This document shows, in pieces, positions 1 through 11,055 of a DNA stretch of 64,000 nt. The notes beneath the pieces were generated by a model that was not told where the DNA came from, made no database searches, and saw nothing but the letters and a program-made list of their open reading frames with translations. Position 1 is the first letter of the stretch. Each line of letters opens with the position of its first letter. The position numbers and the translations under genes are program-made. Origin of the DNA: Squalus acanthias (lineage: Eukaryota); the NCBI GenBank assembly GCA_030390025.1, contig CM059425.1, forward strand, positions 176,144,001 to 176,208,000, given 5' to 3'.

Positions 1-210
1 ATGTGAAGTGGGACAAAAGTGCGATTTTGCCCTAATTGGGCACTTGATTTCCAGCGTGTGGGAACCCCTGGCCCAATTAGTCTTTCCATCCTGAAAGTCG
101 CCTCCGATGACGTCATCAGTGCTGCTGGATTTAAGGCCTGCAAGCAGCCTTGCTTCTTCTGGAGACTGCAAACTTTATGCCCATTGTTGTGATCGCTTCA
201 TTCAGCAAAT

Positions 211-2175
211 ATGTCCACCAGTAGGCCAAAGTGTGCTCCACGGTTTGATGACGCCGCCCTGCAAGCTCTGGTGGAGGGAGCAAGATCAAATAAGGAGGTG
301 CTCTTCCCTTCCTCAGGGAGGAAAAAGCCTCCCCAGCAGACTAAAGCTGTGTGGATGCAAGTGGCCAAGGAGGTCAACTCAATGTCTCTGTGCCGCAGAA
401 CCTGGCTGCAGTGCAGGAAGAGGTTTCATGACCTTCTCCGCACAGGAAAAGTGAGTATGCCTTTCCTATCACACTCAATCTGATCCCCATCGCCTCTCCT
501 CACCAGCACTCAGCTTTGCCAACCTCTTCCTCCACATCCCACTTGACTCTGACATCCCTGCACCCTTACCCATTCCCTCTCTCTGTATGTTCACATTCAC
601 TTAACTATTCGACTATGCAGCCCTCACACTCCCTATCGCTGTGATGCTATGACAACAACTTACAACACACAGGGAGGGCCCTTGGTCTTGGCACCTCACT
701 CCATCTTTGTCTCCTTCTAAGCATGTATGCTATGGAATCTCTACACTCACTCCTTCATTTTCACTCAAACTCCACTTGTGTCCCTCATTACAGGAAAAGA
801 GAGCCCACAATAAGAGGGAGAGGGCGAGGACAGGAGGAGGGCCACCCTCAGTAGCCCAGCTCACCACTGCGGAGGAGGCGGCCCTGGAGATTGTGGGAGT
901 GGAGGAGGATGCGCAAGTGGGGGACGGACAGGCGGGTGCATCACAGCAAGCTGGTGACAGAATAGTTTAGCATCTCTCTCATTGACATTGCATGAGTAAC
1001 TGATAATGATTCTGAAGGTCTAACAGATTGACTTATGATCATCTGCACAATTCAATGTGCATGCAAACTTTACCTCACATCGCCAACTCCTTCCTTTACT
1101 CCCGCACAGGACCATCAACAGCCCCCGTCCCCACTGCCCAAGAGGAAGAGCCTGAGCTTCAAGACTCCTCAGAGGAAGCTGAAACCTTTGAAGGCGTAGT
1201 GTCAGCAGAATTCAGCACACCCAGCACCAACGCAGACACTCACACCTCGGTGGGAACTGCGCGAGATAGTGTAGTGTTGTCACCTGGTGTATCACAGCTC
1301 ACAAGTGAGCATCAGCAGATGGTGGAGACAGGTACAGCAGTGGAGAGTCCTCGTCGGAGGGCGCAGGACTCTGACAGCTCGGCTGGGCTGCATGTCGACC
1401 CTGTGCCTCCGGGTCCATCCAGAAGAAGAGCGGTGCTGGAACTCCAGGAACAGGTGCTGGAGTCTCTGGCAGGTTTTGTCTCCAGGGTCGCTGCGAGTGT
1501 CGAGCGAATGGAGGAGTCTATCGCTAACATGAGCAGAGCCTTTGTGGAGGCACTGGCGCATGAACGCATCACCACGGAAAGGATGGCAACCTCCGTGGAA
1601 AGGATGGCTACCGGTAGAGGAGAGGATGGCTACGGCCATGGAGGAGCTTAGTCGCCAAGGTCGTGAAAACATGGTCATTGTTCAGAATAGACTGACATCT
1701 CTTGAGGAGCGATGGTCAGCTATTGAGCAGAGAAACCAGACCTTCATGGAAGTCCTTTGGAGTAGGACTTCCAGCACAGAAACGGGTCCTCATGGCCCCC
1801 CTGCAGTGCAGAAAGGGGCTGTCCAGTCACTTGCTAGGTCTGAAGTGGGGCTGACCCATGAGAGGGATGTTGGTGGCAGACAACAAGGAAGTGGGGGCTC
1901 CTCTCCAAGCTCACACGACCATGCCACTGCAGAGCCCTCGGTCAGAGCCCCACCAGAGTCCCCACCCAACTGAGATCGGCGTCTCAACCCCTGCACAGCC
2001 GCAGGAGCAGCAGACTGTTGCCGAGCCCTCACAGGTTCGCAACCCCAGAGGACGCCCGCCAAAGGTGTCAAGACAGGAGCAGCAAGAAAGTGAGCAAGGG
2101 GCCTCCACATCTGCTGAAGCCACAGGGGAAGCACCACGTAGGAGCACGCGTAAGAGGAAGATAATGCACAAGTAG
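211..2175 (+). pseudogene. Harbinger Myb/SANT-like (trihelix) accessory gene, 3 exons, frameshifted in exon 3
   Basis: Exon 1 211-450 (APRF..ALQALVE..EVLFP..W..VA.EVN..RTWLQCRKRFHDL, donor GTGAGT at 451). Exon 2 794-953 (EKRAHNKRERARTGGGPP). Exon 3 from 1110. Splicing is in frame. Coiled-coil repeats and basic RRSTRKRK tail are split over ORFs 1028/1542/1858. Confidence 0.85.
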
Positions 2176-2433
2176 TCACAAGGGTAGTCACTTGGGTGTA
2201 ATGTTGTGTTCAATTTTGAAAAGCCATCAGTTGCTTATTGTCATAAAAAATTCTCATGGCAAACTGTTGCAGTTGTGGCGTGTGTCATTTCGCTAATGGG
2301 ACTTCCAGATTGAGGGCTTAGGGTGACTTGCAATTGTCAGTATGGTGGTCAGAGTGATAGGAATCCGCAGGTTCTTGGCCATTGTCGATGGTCTGATAAG
2401 AAGGTGCGAGGCAAAAGTGTTTGATTGTACAGG

Positions 2434-2660
2434 CTAAGCAAATCTGGCCAAGATGAGTGCGTCCCTTGCATCCCGGGCAGCAATGTGGTCGCGCGCTGGT
2501 GTCTTCTGGCCTGTGCAGCTTCAGGTGGGTAAGCAGCAGCTTGGCACTCCTGTTGTTGCTCCTACTGTTGGTGCTGCTGTTGTTCAGGGTTCTGCTGCTG
2601 CCACGGCTGGTCTTCGTCCGAATCTGATGTCCAGGAGGAAAGGAAATAAATGGTTCCCAT
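2434..2660 (-). pseudogene. Harbinger transposase stub: N-terminus joined directly to C-terminus, DDE core deleted
   Basis: Minus strand reads MGTIYFLSSWTSDSDEDQ... and ends HIAARDARDALILARFA*, resembling the ARAVRERLIRQHF* end of the transposase at 55131. Confidence 0.6.
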
Positions 2661-2976
2661 GCTTCTCGTATATGCCTCAGTTCAGGAAGCGCTCAGTCAA
2701 GGTGGCGAGAGGGGTTTCCCAGGAGGTCACACTGGAGATGGGTGTCTGGCTCCAAACTTCCACAACAGTGAGTATGCCTGCTGAAAGTTCCCCCAGACCT
2801 GAAACAACAAAGTTCTGCCACCTGCAAATGATGATTGGTGAAAACTCCTTTTAAATGGTGGAGCTGCAGCTGTTAGTAAGCAGTCCACTTGTGAGGCCGC
2901 CAGGATTCACTGGCGTGTTCCAGAGGAGACGTGCAGGACGTGGGAAAAGTGGTAAAATCAGAAAGGCCTCTCAAAA

Positions 2977-3023
2977 TGGGATTATAGAGGCACTTAACTG
3001 GTTGGGATTATAGAGGCACTTAA
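2977..3023. repeat. 21-bp direct duplication TGGGATTATAGAGGCACTTAA
   Basis: Identical copies at 2977-2997 and 3003-3023. Confidence 0.9.
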
Positions 3024-3197
3024 GGGCCTATCCCGCCTCTTGGAGGCGGGATGGAAATGGGGTCAGAAAACACACATTTGGGAAAATTGCTCAGAGGCGG
3101 GATGGAGGCGGGATTGGGCCCGCCCGCCATTTTTTGCGATTTTACCACCTCACACGCTTCCAATCCTGCCTCCTCGGGCCTGGCAAAATCGAAGCCC

Positions 3198-5066
3198 TTA
3201 GTCTCTGTCTTTCGTGTTCCTTTGCCTATTCTAGTGCTTCTACGCAGTGCTACCCCACTGGCTACAGCATGGCTGGTGGAAGGCTGCTGAACTTCAGTGG
3301 GGGCGACTACAGATGGCCTTGCAGGATGACCTTGAGCAGCTCTGGGCCTAGCAGGCCCGGCTGTAGACTGCACCACCTCTGCATGGGCGGCAGCAATCTG
3401 GGCTGGCTGGCTGACAGGCAGCAGCAAGGGCACTGGTGGAGTGGCAGGGGTGGGAGTATGAATGCTGCCATCCTGAGAGAGGACAGCAGGTTTGTGCTCC
3501 ACGGAGCCACTGCCACTCCACTGGGGCGGCTCCTCAGCATTCCTAGCAATCTGTTGGAGGACAGATTGCTGGCATGCTTAAACACCCTGCCACACTCATA
3601 AACCCAGCCACAGTGGCATCATTCTGACCTTGCATGGCAGAAGTCTGAGCTTCCTCTGCAACACTCAGATGTTGGGTTGCTTCCACTTGTGCTGCAATGG
3701 AAGCTGCGACATTGCCCATTGCACCCAGCATCATGGTTGGGTCCACAAGTGATCTAATGGAGTTGCTCATCACTTCCATCCGGGAAACCATGGGCTCCAG
3801 GCGCTGCGCAAAGCCCCGTGTAATGTTGGAGCCGGGCTCCTTCATGCTTCTAGACACTGACAAGAGGCTCTCTGGCAGGCTTGGCATTGCACCAAGCATT
3901 TCTGTGTGCATGGCCAGCACCCTTCTTCTGAAGGCTGCCCCATGGATGTCCTCATCTGAGTCCTGTGCAGCAGAACTCGTGAGCGACCTCGCCCTCCAGG
4001 GAGCTGGCACCTGCACTACCTTCTTACCTTGGCCTGGCGACAGCCCACTCATGCCCAGTGACTCACCACACTAAGATCCCGGCCCTATACTACGCTTTAA
4101 AGTACGTGCAGTGCATTTTTCTGAGCTAGTGTCTGGGAGTGTCAGATCGAATAACGGTGCCTCTTCTTCTCCATCACTCTCCTCCTCTACTTGTTGCTGG
4201 GCGGCTGGCAGTTGTTGTGTATCTGAAAGGAGAAAGGCACAAGGGTCGGGTTGAGGTGAGAGGACGGGGGGAAAAGCAAGATGTGCAAGCTTACACCATC
4301 AGCACCTTGTAAGTGAGAAGAGATTGTGGGAGGAGGGAGGAAGTAGCATGTTAGAAGAACAATTAGGTATGAGCATACAGTCATCATCAATGGTTTTAGC
4401 CTCACCCTGTGATATGGCCTTAGTGACAGCCCCTCCAATGATGACCAGCACAGTCTCCTCCATGGGGGGTTAGGTTGTTTAGCCATTCTTGCCCCCCACC
4501 TGTTTGTTCCTGGTCATGTCGGTTGTGAGCCACCTTGGCCTGCAAGAGAAAGCGAAGTGAGTGAGTGTGTCAGTGAGTGTGGCGTAATGTGTTTGTATGA
4601 TATGCCTGACATGGTTGAATAGCTGGTATCGTGTGCAAGCTGTGAGATGTGAGTGTGAGGCTTGCAACAGTGTTAAGTGTGTGAGGGTGAGATGAAGCTT
4701 TGATTGTGAGGTATGAGTGGTAATTGCTAGAGATTGTGGGTAGGTGAGTGATGGGGGTATGGTGCATTGAGCAGTGTGTGAGGCTAGTGGTGCAGTTGGT
4801 GGGATATGGCAATTGAAGACACATTCACTCAGCTTGACCACTCGAGTGAGCTCATTAAACTTCTTACGGCACTGGATCCATGTCCTGGAGGAAAGATTGG
4901 TGGCACTGACGGCCTCTGCTATTACTCCCACAGCCTTTTTACAATGTGTGTGGAAGGCCTCCTGCCCCCCTACGGGTAGAAGACCTGTCTCTTCCTGTAC
5001 AACCTCTGCCTCCAACCAAGGCCTCCATTTCTGCATGTGAGAACCGAGGTGCACACCCTCTCCCAT
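3198..5066 (-). pseudogene. Harbinger Myb/SANT gene (second subfamily), decayed; 3' end interrupted by the 1-3197 element
   Basis: SRTWIQCRKKFNELTRVVK in ORF 4479-5066. Acceptors at 4540 and 4223. C-terminal VALRRSTRIGKGTRKTETK is cut at the TTA target site 3198-3200. Confidence 0.8.
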
Positions 5067-7317
5067 GGTAAGACATATTGCTCTAGCTTCACCAACAAGG
5101 AGGTACTTCTGAATCGGAGCACCTCCCCTTTAAGAAGTGCAGAACAGCCTTTGACTCTGCAGGTAACCTTTAAATAGAGAGCAGACTGCACATGATACTG
5201 GGCCCCCTGTCGTGCGCCAAGCCAACCAACCACACGTTTAGCGCTGAGTTCAGTGCTGCAATCATGGTAATGAGCAGGCAGCACAAATTTTGCGTACTTC
5301 CTGCACTACTTTCAACGGGTGCAGGCAGATTACACATTGCAATCCCCGTGCCCGTTTTCAAGCCTAATCGCATTTTGCCCCCTTACTTTCCTGTATGTGG
5401 ACCCAGAAGGAGCAGCGCAACAATGATACTGCCACCCTCCCGATCTCCTCCTCCTGCCCGGCATCCCCACCGGTTGACTTTCCTCCTCTTAGCGACCAAC
5501 ATGCTGCTCCCTGGGGTGCAACTGGCACCCTCAGCACACCGATCACATCCTGATAACACAAGAGAACCAATTTTGCGTGGTCCTCTTGCTCATCAGCTAA
5601 GGTGCGCCATTATCTGGGCCAATTTCTCAGTCATTATCTGTGACCTACACATCAACATAATGCTAAATCAACCCACTTGATGTCAAAATGTAGACCTTTT
5701 CCATTTATGACAAAAATCACAGGAGCTGCAACTTTGTATGGTGTGAAAACTGCTACTCTAATCTTAGTGCTTGTATAGAGAAAGCTGAGAAGATGATCAT
5801 GGCCCAGTCACATGCACTGGCAAATGGAGGAGGGCAGATGAGCAGTTGTGGTCTTGGCCACCAACCTCGGGCCTTCTGGCTGAGGCTCGATAGCAGCAGC
5901 CAGAAAGGCCCAAGGACTAAACATCTGGTAGCCAACAATTTTAAATCAGAGTTTGCGTACTCTTTGGCTTGTTGTCTGTTTACCCCAAGCTCCGCCCCTA
6001 ATGAGAAGCCCTGGAAATCGAATGGCAACATAAAGGGGTCATAAAAGTCTCTGCTTCCTTTTTGCTCACCTTTGCTTCTGGGGAATGGAAGTTGCTTGCA
6101 GGGAAAGGTTAGGAAAATCAGTCTCATCGAATTATTCAGATCAAGAGCCTGCAACTACAGTGACCTACATCAAGACTGAACTGGATTTAGAATCTAAAGG
6201 CAGTGACCACCTATACATCATGTCTCCATTTTCACTGTTCCACTATGACAGCAAAGATGATTTTAAAAGTGCATTTTAAATTTCACACTTGATTGTCCAA
6301 TAAAGAATACCTGATTCCTAACAGTCGAGGCAAACAATTTTTGGTTGCTTAGTTGGTGGGAAAGGATATGTTTATTCCTATCAATCTATCTGTGAGTGCG
6401 CATGTGATCCTCTAATTCATCGTGGACTAGTGGTGGTATACATCTCTATCTCTTACTGGTTATATGGCCTTATATACAGTCTTGACAAAGGCCTCAATTT
6501 TATGCCATCTGAAATCAAAGCTCTAACTTCATCAGCTGCTACTGAGGGTCTCTTTCCATGAGGATGATTGCGAGAGTGGTATTGGGAATTATGATCTAAT
6601 CATCCAGAGCAAAGACAGAAGGGAAGTCTGAATGAATCTCAATGAAAAATTACTCCTTAAAATGAATTACTATAGAATGTCAAGTCAAGTTTCAAAGCTG
6701 GCAAGTAAAAATATCTGGTCTCAATAGAAAATGGCACCTACATGTTACACGAGTGAATATTTTGTATATATCCTTCAAAATATAATGGCATCTGTTCAAA
6801 GGGGATATACTTGACTGTGAGATCGATGAATTCCTTTAATCTTGGAGATGAAAGAGATCCTTTTTTTCTTTCAAAAATGCCCTTAAGGCTCAAAACCAGC
6901 ACAGCTAAAGAATCATTGTTGTTTTACTAACAGAGAATTTCTGCAGTTCTAATAAATCAGTGCTACATGAATTTTACAAACTGCAGACAAGTTTACATGC
7001 ATGGGCAAAACTTTCTTCAGGGGCCTGACAATGAGAAGTGTAACAATCTTTGTATGTTAAAGTTTGACCGAGTTAAATCTGGTGGAATCATGTACATTTT
7101 TACATTTTTGCCATTTGGGTGACTGAAATAAACAGCCTTTGAAATTGTGTGTTTTTAGCAAATTAAATGGGCAATTTTAAAATAGCTGCTTCTATTCTTT
7201 CATGATGCGGAGATGCCGGTGTTGGACTGGGGTGGACAAAAGTGAGAAGTCGCACAACACCTGGTTATAGTCCAACAGTTTTATTTGAAATCATAAGCTT
7301 TCGGAGCTGCTGCCCCT

Positions 7318-7355
7318 TCACCTGACGAAGGAGCAGCCGCTCCGAAAGCTTGTGA
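7318..7355 (+). ncRNA. Minimal type I hammerhead ribozyme motif
   Basis: TCAC-CTGACGA-A-GGAGC-agcc-GCTCC-GAAA-GC-TT-GTGA: stem I TCAC/GTGA, CUGANGA and GAAA cores, 5-bp stem II, palindromic AGCT stem III, UH site. Confidence 0.75.
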
Positions 7356-7373
7356 TTTCAAATAAAACTGTTG

Positions 7374-8266
7374 GGGGTAGAAATTAGGTCGCGCCCCATT
7401 TGGGGCGCAAATATCGTCTGGACGTAAATATTAGCGCCTGGCGCTAATTATCGGCACTGACAGGAAACTTCACTTTTACCGCCCCGGGAGGTGAGTGGAG
7501 CGCTAAAGCAGGCGCTGCACACCTGTCTTAAGGCGCAAAGGCCAAGGAGTGAGGCGCTAACTCAGAGCGCTGGCGAAGCTCATGTAATGTCAGTCAGCAA
7601 TGGAACACACACACAATGGCACGGGCCAGTTCTTAAAGGGGATGGTTAATCTTGCTTTCCATCCACATCCTGTTCATTGCAGTCTTGAATCTCGGCCTGG
7701 AGAGACTTGCACATCAAATGTGCTGGAAAGAACAATGGAGAGTACCAGGCAAAGAGCTCAGAGTGCAGCTCCCACAGTCTCTGCTAAATCGATACAAGGA
7801 ATGGCAAATCAAAATGAACCTGCAAAGTGCTGCTCAGTACCCAAAACTCCTTCCCACAACGTTGAATCTCTCCAGAAGTCTCTCCCTCTCTCTCTCAGAA
7901 TGCGTAGTTCAAAAATGCCACCAACAATAAAAGACAGGAAGAGGCCCCCTTTAAATAGCGCCCCCCCCCAGCCCCACAGCGATTGATAGCGTTCCAGTCT
8001 TCTGGTCGTTGGATGCGCCAGGCGGTAAGGCAGGGGGCGCCACTCAATTTCTGCTCCGGGCGCCACAAGGGCGTTGCACCATGGAATGACGTCACAATCT
8101 GCGCGCGCAGGTGGTCGCAGCGGTAAGTTTTAGCGCCGCCGCACAATCTCAAGTTAAGTTCTCGAGCGGCGCAAACATCGCTGCGCCCAGGCGTTAGCAG
8201 CTTTGCGCCCCATTAGCGCCCTCTTAAGGTGCTAACGGGAGGCACAACCAACTGAATTTTTACCCC
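7374..8266 (-). mobile_element. Harbinger MITE (deletion derivative of the 53370-57654 family)
   Basis: TIR GGGGTAGAAATT / AATTTTTACCCC, TSD TTG at 7371-7373 and 8267-8269. Its right end is the reverse complement of the left end of 53370. Confidence 0.9.
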
Positions 8267-8848
8267 TTGGACTATAACCTGGTGTTGTGCGACTTCTCAC
8301 TTCTATTCTTTCAAAAGGAGATGGGAGCATCAAGGAGAAAGAAACAAATACTTGGCAGTTTTAAATGTAAATAAAAGAAAATAGGTTTAAACAAATAGGT
8401 TATATCAGTTGGAAGAAAAAAGAGAAAATATGGAGTAGAAGGAGAAAATAGAAGAGAGAGCAGGCAGATGTAAAAATTTTTAATTGTGTTTGGTTTATTT
8501 TTGTAGCAGCAGTTTAAAGTACTCCTGATATTTGAGTAGCTTCCTTTTTGTTTGAAAGGCACTTTATAAATGGAAGTTCTTCCATTAATGATTGTTTCAG
8601 CACCATACTTTGAGAATGTGAAATCCATCTGATCCTGGAAGACTGCCATTCCTCTGGATCTGATGCCAGTCAAAGTTAATTTTAACTTAAAGTTAGTTAT
8701 CAAAAGAATTGCAGAAATATATTGCATTGCATGGGCTACACGTTTCATTGAACACTCGTTATAAGTACCTGCAGTACCAGTTAGTCCTGTAGATGGTGCT
8801 GTGGTGGGTATTTTCAATGTTAAAGGTGCCACACTGCTGGAACACAAT

Positions 8849-9350
8849 GGCCTAGAAATTGGTTTGCCCCCGAAAATGGACGGGGGGATCACGACGCGCT
8901 AGCATCCCATGCCTGATTGGAGGACTGCAGGCAGCACATGAACTTTGTGCTGCCTGCTCATTTCCATGATTGCAGCCTCAGCCCAGTGCTTAACACGCTG
9001 CTGAGTGGCTGAATGCTCAGCAGCGGACCCAAGTTCGTGCGAGGCTAGCACCAATTAAAACTAGCCTGCACTACTTAAAGGCAGTCTGCACCTCTTAAAG
9101 GGGAAGTGCATTCTGCCTGCAGCTGGTCATTGAACTGACTGGGGAAGACAGTGGGAAAAATCTATTAATTAAATGCACAACAGGGGAGAGCACGTGCACC
9201 AAGGTTCTCTGAGGCAGCACTGGAGGTCTTGGCGCAGGAGGTCAATTCGAGGAGTGAGGTCCTCTTTCCAGGAAGCTCTCCAGGCAACAGACAAAAGTGC
9301 AATGAGAGCAGATAGCCAAAGTTTTAACTCCACAGTGTGCGTGTCTGGAC
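8849..9350 (+). mobile_element. Harbinger left end with Myb exon 1 fragment
   Basis: GGCCTAGAAATT terminus. From ~9175 a frame reads QQGRARAPRFSEAALEVLAQEVNSRSEVLFP. Confidence 0.65.
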
Positions 9351-9611
9351 CATACTCAATGACTGAGCCTCCACAGCCCTCTGGGGTAGAGAATTCCAAA
9401 GATTCACCACCCTACGAGTGAAGATATTTCTCCTCATCTCAGTCCTAAATGGCCGACCCTTTATTCTAAGACTGTGACCCTTGGTTCTAGACTCCCCAGC
9501 CAGGGGAAACATCCTCCCTGCATCTACCCTGTCAAACCCTGTAAGAATTTTATACATTTCAATGAGATCACCTCTCATTTTCTAAACTGTAGGGAATATA
9601 GGCCTAGTCTA

Positions 9612-9813
9612 AAATAACAACAGAAAATGCTGGAAACACTCAGCAGGTCAGGCAGCATCGAGGAGAGAGAAACAGAGTCAACATTTCGAGTCAGGGGACC
9701 CTTCATCAGAACCCCAACTCGAAACTTTGACTCTGTTTCTCTCTCCACAGATACTGAGTATTTCCAGCATTTTCTGTTGTTATTTCAGATTTCCAGCATC
9801 TGCAGTATTTTGC
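9612..9813. mobile_element. Penelope-like-derived fold-back element (family B)
   Basis: 15-bp TSD TATAGGCCTAGTCTA at 9597-9611 and 9814-9828. Inverted arms ACAGAAAATGCTGGAAA../..TTTCCAGCATTTTCTGT. Confidence 0.8.
9677..9712 (-). ncRNA. Minimal hammerhead ribozyme motif
   Basis: Reverse strand GTT-CTGATGA-A-GGGTC-ccct-GACTC-GAAA-TG-TT-GAC. Stem III palindrome has a CpG-type change (ACGT to ATGT). Confidence 0.6.
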
Positions 9814-9997
9814 TATAGGCCTAGTCTACTTGATCTCTCCTCATTGGACAATCCCTCCATCCCAAGAATCAGTCTAGTGAACCGTTGTTGCACTCCCTCT
9901 AAGGCAAGTATATCCTCCTTAGGCAAGGAGACCAAAACTGTACACAGTACTCCAGGTGGTCTCACCAAAGCCCCATATAATTGCAGTAAGACTTCTT

Positions 9998-10712
9998 GGG
10001 GGAAAAATTGAGTCGCGCCCCCTTTGGGGCGTTAACTTCACCGGGGCGCTAAAAGTAGTAAAAAATTAGCGCCCCCGCGGCCAAAATTCACCGGTAGCGC
10101 CCCAAGAGGGAGGCGGGGCACTACTGGAAGCTGCGAGTGAATATCGCGGCGCTATGTGACGCAACGCCACGCTCTGTGGCACGTCACGCCGCGGTACTGC
10201 AGGCCTTCCTCCCCTTCTTAAAGGGGAGAGGCCTAGCGCTGCGCGACCCGGGGCCCAACTGGGCCACCAGGGATTGGAGTGCCGGCAAAAGAGCCCGGCA
10301 ATCATTAGAAGTGCCGGGCTCACGGAGCGCAGCCGGCACTCCATGGGAGGGGGGTTGCAGAGGAGGCCGGGGACGGCAGAGGGGGTAGGTGCTGGCAGGT
10401 GGCCAGCAACAAAAATGGCCGCCCAGCACCTCCCCTTTAATTTGCGCCACCCCGGCCGCAGGTAGCCCCCCCCTGACCCCATCAGACATAGCGTCCGACG
10501 GTAAGTCAGGGGGCGCTACCGAAGTTCGCGGCCTTGGGCGCTGCGCACGGCGATGACTTCATCGCCGGTGGCGCAGCACCGCAGGGCGCTAATGGTTACC
10601 ACCAGTGCTAACCTCCCGCTGAATTTCGCGGAGGCGTTGGCGGCCAGGCGCTAGTTGCTTTGCGCCTAAGAGGGTGCTAACGGGAGGCGCAAAGCAACCG
10701 AATTTTTAGGCC
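9998..10712. mobile_element. Harbinger MITE, GC-rich
   Basis: GGGGGAAAAATT ... AATTTTTAGGCC. TSD CTT at 9995-9997 and 10713-10715. Removing it restores the CR1 sequence. Many GGCGCTA motifs. Confidence 0.85.
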
Positions 10713-11055
10713 CTTTACTCTTATACTCCAATCCTTTTGTAATAAAGGCTAACATACCATTTGCTTTCCTAATTGCTTGCTGTATCTGCATGTTAACACC
10801 CAGGTCCCTCTGGATAACAACATTTCCCAATCTCTCACCATTTAAAATTAGCCCTGACTAATTATGTGTAATAACCTCTTGTGTGGCACCTTATCGAATG
10901 CTTTTTGAAAATCCAAATATACTACATCCATTGGTTCCTCCTTATCTACCCTGCTAGTTACAACCTCAAAAAACTCTAACAATCTGTACCTCTTTAAGAT
11001 GAGCTGCCTTCTAGTGATCAAAAACGTTAAAAATGCTTCAGCAATGCTAACCGAA

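Larger units (their letters stand above)
1..3197 (+). mobile_element. PIF/Harbinger element, non-autonomous (left end outside window)
   Basis: Right TIR ...AAAATCGAAGCCC ends at 3197, followed by TTA. Contains a Myb/SANT gene and a convergent transposase stub. Same family as 44527-47705. Confidence 0.85.
7203..8299. mobile_element. Penelope-like-derived fold-back element (family A), split by a MITE
   Basis: 14-bp TSD CTTCTATTCTTTCA at 7189-7202 and 8300-8313. Arms ~7240-7320 and 7322-7373+8270-8300 are inverted copies. Hammerhead motif at the apex. Penelope assignment is inferred from the minimal hammerhead and inverted structure. Confidence 0.7.
9352..10985 (-). mobile_element. CR1 LINE ORF2 fragment, deleted and interrupted twice
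   Basis: MRGDLIEMYKILTG..NLWNSLP (9324 ORF) and LLEFFE..DVVYLDFQKAFDKVPH (10848 ORF). Carries insertions at 9612-9813 and 9998-10712. Confidence 0.9.

Noticed and set aside
211..2175. Host NAIF1/MSANTD gene
   Set aside because: Multi-copy within the window, inside a TIR-bounded element, and frameshifted.
8311..8892. 193-aa minus-strand ORF
   Set aside because: It starts in a transposon end, ends in low-complexity sequence and has no recognisable domain.
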